From contig JALDZS010000065.1 of NCBI GenBank assembly GCA_022813965.1, positions 62,001-117,825 on the forward strand: 55,825 nucleotides of DNA, written 5' to 3'. The translations under genes were made by a program, and so were the position numbers. The stretch comes from Toensbergia leucococca. Lineage: Eukaryota. The notes under the pieces were generated by a model. That model ran no database searches, was not told where the DNA came from, and saw only the letters and a list, made by a program, of their open reading frames with translations. This document shows, one piece after another, positions 1-12,000 of this stretch (position 1 is its first letter; each line of letters starts with the position of its first letter).

Positions 1-2195
1 GATTGATGCATCGCAGATGGCTCCGGGAACTTCCTAAGAAATTCCTCGTAACTGCGAAAGAACGGAGAGACAGGTTCCTCAGATATTGAGTCTCCTTCTC
101 CATCGCTCTGTGCATTCTGATATTCGGCTTCTTCTACTCCTTCATCGCGTGCCTTTTCGAGCCATGACCCTACCTCCTCAGCGTCTAAAGGATCATAAAC
201 GCGCAATCTGCGCCTTCGCACTTCCAGGCTGGAATTGGAGGTAGCCATAGGTACCCTACCAATTGGCCGCCCTGGCTTGTTCGATGGGACTCGCAGGCGG
301 GTAGATCCAACAAGAGCTGCGGTCCTCGATGTCTGAAGAGCCTGACGACCGACCAGATCGACCCAGGCATCAAGACCTCCAAATAGTATGACTGGAGGCC
401 GCCGTAATTGTTTATAGTAACTGAATTCATAGATGGTGTCATGCAAAGCTCTCAATGCGGGCGCCTCATTGCCGTTGGGCGAACCTGTCAAGAACTTGGT
501 TGACTTTGTTTCTTGGTCGTAATATATGACAATGTCGAATTCATTTCTCTGCTCAAACAGCATTTGCTCCGATGCTGGAGAGACGATCAGTCTCTCTTCC
601 AGCTCCTCGGCCGTGACGCCGGATCTTAGGCCTAACGGTTCGATGCACACAATCGACTTGGCGAATATGTGTCCCTGATCGTATTCTTCACGGCTCCGAA
701 CATCAATGATAAGAATGTTATAGGACCGAAGAAAATCGTACAGCTCATTAGCTGTGATAGATGCTGCACGAGGCAGATCTAAAGACCTCGACTTTGTGGA
801 GGCAACACTATTGCTCGCATCACTTGGTTGACGAGAATGACAGCTCCCGTCCATTGATGTAGCATCATTGGAAGGTGTTGGTATGATTTGAGAGGATCTC
901 GTGCCGGTGCTAACAACACTCCTCAAGTTACTTCGAGGAGGCGAAGTTCCAGCGGGCATCTGCACATTTCTTGCAGGACTGTAAGTAGGACTGGGAGCCC
1001 TCGGTAATGAGTCCACGATTATTGTATCAAGAGGTAGCTTAGGTGGATGTGGAGGTGGCACATAAGGTGGTGGTGGCGGCATATCGCGAGGTCCAGATGG
1101 CGTCTTTTGCTCTATCTTAGTCAATATTGAGGTACCTGCTGGTATTCTCAATTGCGCAAAACGGTCTGCAAGTAAGTCCGATGATGTAGAGCTCGAACTT
1201 CCATTTGGCAGCCTCGTATGACCATGCATCCCCTCAGGCTTAGGATGCACCACAGGTCTCTGTTTCAATGCCGATGAGTTAAATTGCGAAGAAAGATGGC
1301 CTTGACCTAGCGGGCGAGTCTGCCCTTGCAAAGATTCATATTTCGGAGGAGGGCCCAGGAATAGCTCATCAGCATCACGACGATCAGATGCTGATCCGTC
1401 CGGCACGGAAAGAGGACGTCTAATAATCTGAGAATTCTGGCGATTCTGTTCATTAGGATCCGTGATAGGATTTAGAATTGGGGCTGTCGAAGATGGCTGA
1501 ATACCGCATCTGATATTATCTTCGACAATCATGTTATAGATTTCTTTGAACATATCGTGCTGACCATCATTTTCCTGGGCCAGCTTCCATTAGCTTTCCG
1601 CATAAATGGGATTGTCTCTCCACAAGATTGGAGGACGTAGTCCATACTTGACATTATTCGTGGGCTCAATGGCAGCATTACTAACCTTGCAGATAGACTT
1701 GTAGACTCTATACCACTCCCCACGATCTCCATTCAAGGTGGGGTAATCCTTGTGACGGGGTATGAGGTTTAAAACCATCTCAGAGCTAACGAGGTATTCC
1801 ACATAAGCCAGATCCGGTCTTTTGAAAGTAACATCGGCACTGGCTTGTTTTGCCGCTTGCTGAGCGCGGGAAAGAAGGGACCGTATCTGATCGGAAATAG
1901 TCAGAGGCCAAAACCCGGATATCGCTGGATCCCCAAGCAGATAGCGAACAATATGAAGACGTACCGGCATGTGAATTGAACCATTGGTTGCTGCGACCGC
2001 TTTGGCTTGCAAGTCTTTGATGTGTGGGTATCGAGGTTTGACAGTACGTGCTTCATCGCCACTATCGGTACTACTCTGACTTCCTACCCAGCTTGATCTG
2101 TTGGAGTATGTTGTATTCTGACCGCCGGACCGCATGTAGCCTTGAAGACTACCGTTCCCATTGGGCGGGAGAACGGCCGATGAGGCGGCGCTCAT
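1..2195 (-). CDS. DOA4: Ubiquitin C-terminal hydrolase, Doa4/Ubp4/USP8 type (5' part; runs off the window start)
   Basis: ATG at 2195 (MSAASSAVLPP). Exons 2195-1965, 1886-1686 and 1574-<1 with GT..AG introns. USP8 N-terminal-like segment (RPDLAYVEYLVSSEMVLNLIPRHKDYP), then a rhodanese-like domain (ILIIDVRSREEYDQGHI...LFGGLDAW). The catalytic UCH domain is outside the window. Confidence 0.8.
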
Positions 2196-2805
2196 GGCAG
2201 TGGGTCTAGGGTTGCAAGTGGGACAAGAGACCACCGTTCATAGCGCCATGGGCTTGGTGTAGATTGTAAGGTGTCGATGCTGTGTACTCGTCTGGTGTCG
2301 CAAGTTGCTGGCGGAATTGTTTGATGACGACGATCAGAAGAGAAACATGACATTCTTGGCGGCGAAACAGAGGCTCAAATGGGGCAGAACAGATGCACCC
2401 ATGACTCGGTTGCTTCAGTATACGTGTGGTATAATGTAGTAAGTGACCATGGCGACTTGAGGAGGATGGAAGGCAGTAAGCAAAGTGGGAGAGTGGGAGT
2501 GGTCAAGCTATTCCTCGATTTTGTTGCAGCTCGGAGAGATTCGATGTTCCGAACCGCCACAAGTCTTGGCGCATCGGGAGCTAGTCATGCTAGCGTACGG
2601 ATAGCCTTGCGGACATCCCACTAGAGGTGAGATGCCAAATGACGGACAGGCTGCAGGCAAAAGCCAACCATCTACCTTCCCTTTTCTCTTTTTTCCCCAC
2701 ACTCTCCCCAGAAGCACTGTGAAAGTGTTCGAACCTTGTTTCCACACCAGCATCCACGAACTACTTTGCTTGTAAAGCTAGGGGAATTTCCTCTCATCCC
2801 CTGCA

Positions 2806-5230
2806 ATGGCCGGTTGGTTTGCTTCAAACTCGGCCCTTGACGAACAGATAGAGCGTGCAACAGCTTCAAGCTTGTGTGTCCGAAGCATGGCCTTTCTCGA
2901 GACTATGGGATGCTAATGTGCTGGTAGGGAAGATATTGCATTGAACCTTGAAATCTCCGATGTCATACGATCAAAGAGTGTCCAACCAAAGGAGGCTATG
3001 AGATCACTCAAGCGGCGAATAGGACACAAAAATCCTAACATTCAGTTAGCCACGCTTAAGGTATAAATACAGACATTATTGTGTCGTCAACTCTACCTCG
3101 TTGGGCAAAGACGACTGACTTCCTTCACAGCTGACTGATACCTGTGTCAAAAATGGAGGATCTCATTTTCTGGCCGAAATTGCTTCGAAAGAGTTTATGG
3201 ACAACCTGGTATCTCTACTGAAAGCCTATGGAGCCGCTGCCCCGAATGACGCTGTAAAGAACAAGATTCTAGAGTTAATCCAGCTATGGGCAAGTGCAAC
3301 AGAGGGTCGAGGTGATATGGCCTATGTGGGCGAGACATATCGCACTTTGCAAAGAGAGGGCTTCCACTTCCCTCCAAAGGTCGAAATATCGAGTAGTATG
3401 TTAGACAGCAGTGCTGTAAGGAATATAATAATGATCAGACATTCGTACCCCCTGGCTGACGAGTGTCACAGCCACCGGAGTGGATAGATTCAGACGTTTG
3501 CATGCGATGTCGAACACAATTTAGCTTCACCAACCGGAAACATCACTGCAGAAATTGCGGCAACGTTTTCGACGGGCAATGTTCTGGAAATTCAATACCA
3601 CTACCACACCTTGGTATTGTACAACCTGTGAGGGTAGATGATGGCTGTTATGCAAAATTGACCGACAGGTCTCGTGCTGGATCGATATCAATAGAGAGAC
3701 CTTCTAGTAAGTTGCATTCAAGTACTAGACATCGTAGCTCGATGCAACCTCGCGATGCTAGAGTGGATGATGGCTTTGATGATGATCTGAAGAGAGCGTT
3801 GAAAATGAGTCTTGAGGAGGTAAAGGGACATTCTGGAGCAGGCTACGTCCCGCAGACTCTATTGCAAGCACAGCAAAAGCCATTGACGATGAACGGTACC
3901 TCAAAGGCAGCAAAACCTACAGCAGAGGATGAAGACGCCGAGTTGAAAGCTGCCATTGCAGCATCAATGCAAGATATGGAAGAGCAGAAGAAAAAGCACG
4001 CCGCAAGTTTGAAGCAACAAAGCTCAAATAATCCAGCGCCTTCAGCGTCAAATTTTGTTATGCCCAAACGAGACTACGAGCTTACCCCAGTTGAAGCTGA
4101 GAATATAAATTTGTTCTCTACCCTGGTCGATCGATTGCAACATCAACCACCTGGAACAATTCTAAGAGAGCCTCAGATCCAAGAGCTTTATGAAAGCATT
4201 GGGACGTTGAGGCCAAAGCTTGCAAGGACATACGGGGAGACAATGAGCAAGCATGGTAAGATATCATAAGTCCTAGATGTCGTACCTCTCACTAAAAGTT
4301 GCAGATACTTTACTTGACTTGCATGCCAAACTAGCAACAGTCGTACGTTACTATGATCGTATGCTAGAAGAGCGGCTCTCCAACACGTACAGTCAACACA
4401 CTTTGGGGGGTTACGGTTCGCGCCCATCGCATGCTTCGTCTAATATCTATCCCACAATTCCGATCGACTTCACTAATAGCCCTGGTGGAGCGGAAACTTT
4501 TTACAACGGCAACACATCCTTACATAACGAAGCATATGCTCGTTCGCAAGCTAACTACAACACTTATCCGCAACCTCGATCTCCCTTTTTCCCGCAAAAT
4601 AGGAGACTTTCCACTACATCATATGGCACAGAACCTCCGCATCATCATCACCATCATTCTTACGATCATCCTCCAACCCGAGAATCTAGCCTTCAAAATT
4701 ACCCACAGTCCCCAACTCAACGGCAGGATGCACCTTACTTACCTGACAGTCAAGCTCAAGGTTATCAGCAGCAAGGCCAATCGTCTCAAACACCGAATCA
4801 GACAGCCTCGAACTATGGCCCAGCTTGGGTGGCTTCAAATCCGCAATCGTCAGATCCTCCAAATTCGTATTACGGTGGTAATAATGAGCAGATATACTCA
4901 CCACAACAACAGTCTCAGCAAATACCCGACAACACCTATGTGCCGTCACAGCCATCACCAGAGGAGTACAAATCTGGTCAACCGCAGCAATACCCTCCAA
5001 ACCAAGCATACCAGCCCTTACCCATCCAGCAAAATGCACCCCCGCCGCAACATCAACAACAACTTTACTGGCAGGACCAGCAGGCACCCCTGCCATACCA
5101 ACCGCCACCTGCCTCCCAAATTAACCCGCCCTATCAATCCACACCATCATATACCCAAGATTCGTTTCCGTCCGCGCCACATCATCAGCCTCAACCAAAG
5201 GCGGTAGAGGAAAGTTTGATTGAACTCTAG
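2806..5230 (+). CDS. VPS27: ESCRT-0 subunit Vps27 (VHS-FYVE-UIM-UIM, Q/P-rich tail)
   Basis: Exons 2806-2873, 2928-3060, 3131-3415, 3472-4255, 4305-5230. VHS ([10 protein letters not shown]), FYVE (CMRC...RKHHCRNCG), two UIMs ([24 protein letters not shown]), C-terminal clathrin-box-like ESLIEL. Confidence 0.95.
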
Positions 5231-5966
5231 ACGAAAGTCTGTTCTTATCTATGCATTTGTTTTCATATTGTGCGTCATTGAACAAGGGAACGTGCTGATT
5301 TTAGTTGGGTGTCGTCTGCCACATTTTTTGTTTGGCGATCCCGTTCCCGAGAAGAAAGAGGGAGGGAGGGAGGGCTTGTAGCTATAGTTACTGTGGAATG
5401 TGTATGAGGTTGCATAGCTCTTGGGAGACACTTGTCTGGATGAATGAGGCGATAGTCTCCATTTTACGAAGGAGTACCCTATGTTGCATACTATATCCTC
5501 CTCGTTCATATTTCCCGTTCCCCACTCCCACCCTCCTGGTCCCAATACAAGCGCCTCTCCGGCCCATTATGCTACTGCCATCCGTCGCTCTTGGGCCTGC
5601 ACTACGTAGGTAGGTAGGTAGGTAAACCACACCCGTACCCCTTTCCACGGAGCCTGCAGCATGAAATGCAAAATAACCCGGAGGTCATTTTTGGGTGAGA
5701 TTCCCCCGTGTGTGTATAGATTATCTACTCCAGTGGGGTTCGCTGCAGCTTTGCTGGGGATGCCTTCAACTCCGTTCGCGTGATGAGGATTTGGTTGGTT
5801 ATGGGGTTTTTCTGGGCCTTGTTGTCCAATTCCTTCAAATCTCAATTTTCTTTGTCCTTTCTGTTCGTTACAAAGCGCATTCTTCAAAACCCTCCCCATT
5901 TTCCCCACTCCACTCACGCCCTCCCTATCCCCCAAAACAAAACAAAAACCAAATCACCCCCCCAAC

Positions 5967-8350
5967 CTACCGCCTCCTCACCCCCCCCTCCCCCCTCTCC
6001 CCAACGGCAACCACCTCCCCAATCCCCGCCTCCTCCTGCTCATCCTCCAGCGCCCGCACCTCCTCCCGACACTCCCACCACATAATCTCCGCAACCGCAA
6101 ACGCCTCTTTCCGGACCTCTTTGACGCCTTTGCCGGCGGCGGGTGTTGTAATGGCGGCGTCTTTGTTGTTGTTGTTGTTGCTGCTGCTGTCGTGAAGGAG
6201 GAGGCTTTCTTGCCAGGAGGTGGAGGTGCGGGTGAAGAAGTCGCGGAGGGATTCAAAGGGGCGGGGGTGGGGGCGGGTGTCTGTGATTGTTAGAGGTTCG
6301 GGGGGCTCGAAGGGGTCGGGGTCGGTTGGTTTGGTTGGTTGGGGGGAAGGCTCGGGGCGGGGTAAGGGGACGCCGGATGGGATTTCGTCTTCCATTTCTT
6401 CGTCAGAGTCGCTGTCGTCATTGTCGTCTTCGTCATCGTCCTCGTCATCGTCGCTGCCTTGCCAATTCTCCGGCTCCCGGCGGTAGATTTCTTGCACGCC
6501 GTCGAGTTTGCCCAGGTCGATGGCGTGCATTTCGTCAAAGGTGTATTCGCGGTCGCCGTGCTCGTAGGTGCCGCCGAAGAGGTAGAGGGTGTCTTCTTGG
6601 ACGGCGAGTTGGGCGTTGAAGCGTGGGTGGGGCATGGTCATCAGTGTCGGCTTTTCGGGCTTTGGAGGAGGAGGAGGCGCCAAGTCTACGTTGCTGGTAG
6701 GATTCTGTTGTTGATCGATTTCCATGGCGTCGGCGTCGACGTCAGCGATAGAGCCTTTTGTTTCGAGGGTGGCGAGGTTGCGAAGGAGGTCCGCTTCGGC
6801 GGCTTTTCCTCTGCCGCGTTTGGAGCTGCTGTGCTCGTTCGGGACTTGTTTCTTGGGGGGTGCTCGCGGACGGCGCAGGGTTAGTTGGAAGTAGCGGTTG
6901 CGTTCGATGTTCCATGCGAAGAGGGTGTCAAAGAATTCGCTGTCGATTCCTTCTTCGCTTTCTTCGACGTCGTGCACGCCGCCGAATAGGATGCCGCGGC
7001 CCTTATGGTATGCCATTGTGGCACCGGCCCGGGGTGGATTGGGTAGGTTTGTGGGCTTTTTTCGACGCTCCCAACGTACTGAAGGTGGACTGGTGCTAGG
7101 TGCCTCGGGAGGCGGCTGGGTAATACGCAGGAACCAGGTGTCTTGATGGACTGTAGGTTTTAGGATGGAACGAACACCCTGGCTTCCGCCTTTGTTCTGC
7201 TTTCCTGCCGTGGTGATTGATTTCACACGTGAATAGCCTCCACATATGACGGCTCCGGCGTCGTGCGGGTGGAACGAAAAGGATGATCGTGCATCAGGTT
7301 TTTGGGAGGCCGGGGGCAGGATGGGGTTGTGCCAGACAAAGTTCTGACAGTCGTAGATCCAGAGGTCTTGGAGGTACTTTGTCTGCTGTGATGTATCCTG
7401 GAAGCCTCCGAAGAGCAGTATGTAATTCTGGGCTCCATAGTCAGTCAATCGCCACCTAGTGACATCTTGTGCTACTATCAAACCTTGTAATAAGTCATTC
7501 GATGTCCACTCCTTGCCGGTGGCCCTTTCCCTTTCGTCTCCAGCCTAGTCCATTCTCTAGATGAAGGTTCCAATCTCCAGAAGTCATTGTAATGATAGAA
7601 GGTGCCTTGCTTTGGAGACGAAAACTCGCCTTTCCAGTAATAGAGTCAGCTCAGCATTGATATCATGTACTAGGGCCAATATGAATTTGAATCACACCTC
7701 CAAAGAGATAGATTCCACCAGCATTGCCACCACGGCACCAGGCATGCCCGCTTCGAGGCAGAGGACTGTTTGGGCTCGTAACTCGGCGCCATTGATCTTT
7801 GTCAATGATGTAGATGAACAGATCATTAAAGAAGGTGGCAAGAGCTCCGTTGTAGTACTCGCCACCGAACAAAAATAGCTCTTTGGCGCTAGAAGGTGAT
7901 CCAATAAGAGTAGCTGAGGCCCGCGGCGTTGGGGGCTCACATGGAGTCTCGGTCACTTTCAGGAATTGGGCTTGCTGTGATTTTGGAGGTTAGTAGGGAC
8001 TTGGAGTCTGATAAAATGAATACCAGTCTTAGCAAGAGTATCAAACAGGAATAGGATGACCTCGATTTCCATATGGGACATAGGAAATCTTCAATATTAT
8101 AAAAATCAACCAGAAATAGATAATCTTGACCAAAGCTATGCTCAATCAATGCATCAGAGGAAAGTGATAAGATATGTACCTGCTTTGCGTACTCTGCCAA
8201 GACGGACTCTAGATCGATGTCTTCTGCATCACTGTCCTCTGCTCCTTTTGACTTGACCTTCTTCTCTTTCTGGGCAGCTTTCTTGCCTTGCTTCGCAGCC
8301 ACGCGAGCCTTCTGCTCGGCTGTCTTGGATTTCTTGTCTTTCTTGACCAT
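5967..8350 (-). CDS. KEL3: Kelch-repeat protein Kel3/KLHDC4 with acidic C-terminal region
   Basis: Exons 8350-8180, 7974-7698, 7629-7484, 7427-5967. Lys-rich N-terminus, kelch repeats (LFLFGGEYYNG, GEFSSPKQGTFYHYNDFW, ILLFGGFQD), C-terminal PRPFESLRDFF motif. Confidence 0.9.
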
Positions 8351-9031
8351 TGATGTTGTTATGCTTTGCTAATTGTAAACGCCCAAGATATTCTAGCTAT
8401 GTACACACAGAACAAGGATCCGTCAAAAACGGGTCGAAATGACATTTGTTAACGGATCAAGATAAGAGAAGACGTAACCTACCAAGTCCTGTAATGAACG
8501 GGTCTCGAAAACAACAGGAGTTCGCTGGTCAATAATTTACCAAAAACCGCACGAGTACTGATGTTGATTTAAGGTAGTTGATACATCAAAACACTAAACA
8601 ATGTGAAAAACTCTCATCTACCTACCTTGGAGACCCAAGGTCCAATAGATTGGACGCTGCACCACTCGCTACTAATCCTGTGTATAATCTCATTTTGCAC
8701 CTTCCGGCTGCTTTGCAAAAGATCAAGTGTAGGTACATGCACGAGACAGTGGGTCTACTATTACGCTACACCATGGTAAACTACTGATATCCCTCCTCAG
8801 GGGCAGCAAAATTTCTCATATCTCCATCGCAGTATCCGTACTGACGTCTCCCTTATGGAAGTTCTGGTTTGATGAGTCTGCAGAAGCTCGAGATCTCCTT
8901 TACCCAGTTTCACTACATGCACAACAAGTCTTTACTACTGGTACAAGCTTAGGAGAAGCTGCCGTGTATGGTAGCTAGATATATACATAGCTGGTCCATG
9001 TCCATTTCATTGCAAGAACTTACATGTCTCC

Positions 9032-12000
9032 TCATGGCCCAACGTTGAATCTCATCTTCACCCCCATGGCACTCAATTCCACATCCAAGTATCTCAACAC
9101 CCCGGGCACAGCGACAACAGTCGTATTCTCGCCTCCAACCCACTTGATTCCCTCCCCATCCTCCCATATCTCGCTTTTCGCACTCCCAGCTTCTGCCTTC
9201 CTTGCACATACCCTACATCTTACAACTCCTGTTCCCCTGCTCCCTTTCTTACTCGCTCCAACAGTCGGCGTTGTGGCTAAAAAGCTCCCACATCTCCTGC
9301 AGATCCAACACCGTGCAAAGTCACTGCAATTCATTAATCGATCCTGTAGTAGATAGGCGCATCCGTGCGCTAATAACGCATCTCGCTCCATCTCGCCGAC
9401 CCTGATTCCTCCGCCTTTACTTCTTCCCTTGATAGGCTGACCCGTCAATTGTGTTACCGGACCCGTCGTCCTTACTTGGAACTTGTCATTCACCATGTGC
9501 CTTAATCGCTGGTAAAAGACTACCCCAACATAGATATCCGCCGCAAATTCTCTGCCTGTGATACCACTGTACATGGGCTCGTTGCCATGGAAATTGTATC
9601 CTGCAGCCTGGAGTTGTGTACCGAAATAGTCTCCTGCTGTGTTCTCCTCGTCGAAGCGCCATGGGGAAGAGTCTTGTGCCAAGCCATGAAGAGCGCCAGA
9701 TTTGCCGGCAAGGGACTCAACGAACATGCCAATGGTCATGCGAGAAGGGAACGCATGCGGGTTGATGATGATGTCGGGGATAATCCCGGATTCAGAGAAT
9801 GGCATATCGACTGCGGGCCACTTCTGGGAGCAAACACCTTTTTGGCCGTGTCGGGATGAGAATTTATCGCCTATGACAGGGGAACGGGGTATTCGAAGTT
9901 TGATGCTGAGGGCCTGACAAGGCTCCGAGCCAGACTCAGAGCCTATGAGGCGGACCTCCTCGACAAAGGCTGTTTCGGGATCTTTGTATTTGTGGAGTTC
10001 GTTTTGCCCATCGCGATTTACGTATATGTTTTGGGACGGGTCGAAGCTTACCGAGTGGGACGCAACGAGGACATCGCCTTCCGAGATCATGGCGCCGATG
10101 TGGGGAAGACCATCATCGTCAAGGCGAGAACGAGTAGCAGCGGATATGAGACTATTTGGTGCGAAACCAAAGAGCTTAGTGATGGACTTGGAACTGCGAG
10201 ATTTACTACTCTTTTCATCGAGTCGAATTATTTTCGTTTTATAGATTGTGCCATAACCAAACCCACGCTCATGAGCCGACTTGTTTAGGATCATAGCGTC
10301 GTCCATGTCGTATCCTGTGTACGATATCACAGCGACGACGGCATTCGTCCCGTTCGGAAAGTTGTCCAGGCCATAGGCATTATATAGAGGCGGGCGGACT
10401 ATAGGCGTTTGGCCAGTCTGTAGTCGATACATCTTGTTATCTGTTCGGTAACGTATCGAAGCACCAGGCGTACCCATGGTCTGTTTGCTCATTTGGCATT
10501 GGTACATGTTTCGAGGTGATTGATTAAAGTCAGAAAAGGGGGTTTGATTGGCGAGAATGGAAAGGATGTTGGTCGGATCATATTCGACATGAGTCGACTC
10601 TCCAGAATTGATCTCAGGCTCGGTGCATGCAATGGACATGAATGGCTGCTCGAAAGGACCGATATAGTCTTGCTTGTCAAGGGGAAGATACTTGACGGGT
10701 CGAATCATCCGCGCCGCTTGTGTGAAAAGGTATACACCTGGATACTGACCGCCATTGGAGTTTGGAATATAGCCCACTTCAAGCTCCAGAGGCACATTGT
10801 GAGTACCTTCAACTTTCCAATACCGTAACGTATCTCCGACAACAAGTGCTTGCTCAGGGCTACAAAATCCGATAATTCGGCCATCGAGTTGTATGACAAC
10901 ACTTTCATCCACAGAGGCAGAACAGAAACTTGAAACACCTAATTCAGATAAGAGCTGCGGAAGAGCAGAAACATCAAGATCACGTGTGGTGAGCTGACAT
11001 TTGTGTGCTAGATGGTTGAGTAATCCACAAGGACTGCCATCAGGAGTATGGACAGGACACAAGAAGCCCCAGCTCTCTGGCAGCAGCTTGCGGACTGTAG
11101 TCGTCTTCAACTGGGCAAAGAAACTCCCTCTGTGCACCATACGAAAATGACTAATGAATCTGTAAAAATTGATTTTCTCAGCAACAACAACGAAGCCTGA
11201 AGTCTGTTGAAGGTCAAGTCCTGTCGGACTGATTAAATTACCGGTAGAAAGGAAATACTCCATGAGACCTCCAATATTTTCATTGGTCCTAGCAAGAATC
11301 TTGGTCGGGAAGACTTTTAGAAAGTTGGGGTTAGTAAATCTAGTATTGCCATTTCGTTCACACCAGTCCTGAGCAGCTACTTGTATAGACCGTAACCAAT
11401 CGTCTAATTTCTCTTTGATTATCATGCCGTAAAGGAATCCACCAAGTAGAACCTCTTGACTCGACACCGCGTCAGGGTTGTCGACAGCACAATCCCCAGC
11501 AACCAAGGCATACAGCTTCCGAATCATGAACAGAAGCATTTTGAATTTATCATTGTCCTGAGATTCTGTTACATTGGCATTTCCCAGATGCACAAGCACA
11601 ATCTTGCGCAAGAATTCAGCACCAGCCTCTTCATCAGACATGTCATCCGGCACGCCAAGCACAGGCTTGAATTTTCCCCCAAGGTATGACCGCGTTCTAG
11701 TCTTTCCATGAAGGTTGTAGGCCTTGTATGTCCGTAATAAAAGCTCGACTCGGTCTGTCATGAAGGTATTCTCGACACCTTTGGAGCCAGCAGTGCCAAC
11801 AAGCCCTTCGAATATTTCCCTATCATTAGTCTCCGCCAAAGCCTTCAATACCATCATAACTGGAACCAGAAACTCATTTTTACGCCATGAAAAACGAAAC
11901 GTAACGTTTCCATCACTTAGGTAATGCAAAACATTTGTCTGGGACGTTTGGTCCGGGCGCACTGATCTAATTTGCATCCCAAATTTAGTATATGCTTGTC

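Noticed and set aside
4431..5207. 258-aa alternative-frame ORF overlapping the VPS27 last exon
   Set aside because: Shadow frame of a Q/P/S-rich, stop-poor region with no motifs.
5608..5745. Possible HDV-like ribozyme (TCCACG loop, GTAGG/CCTGC pairing)
   Set aside because: P1 is only 5 bp, there is no GG for P1.1, and no proper J4/2.
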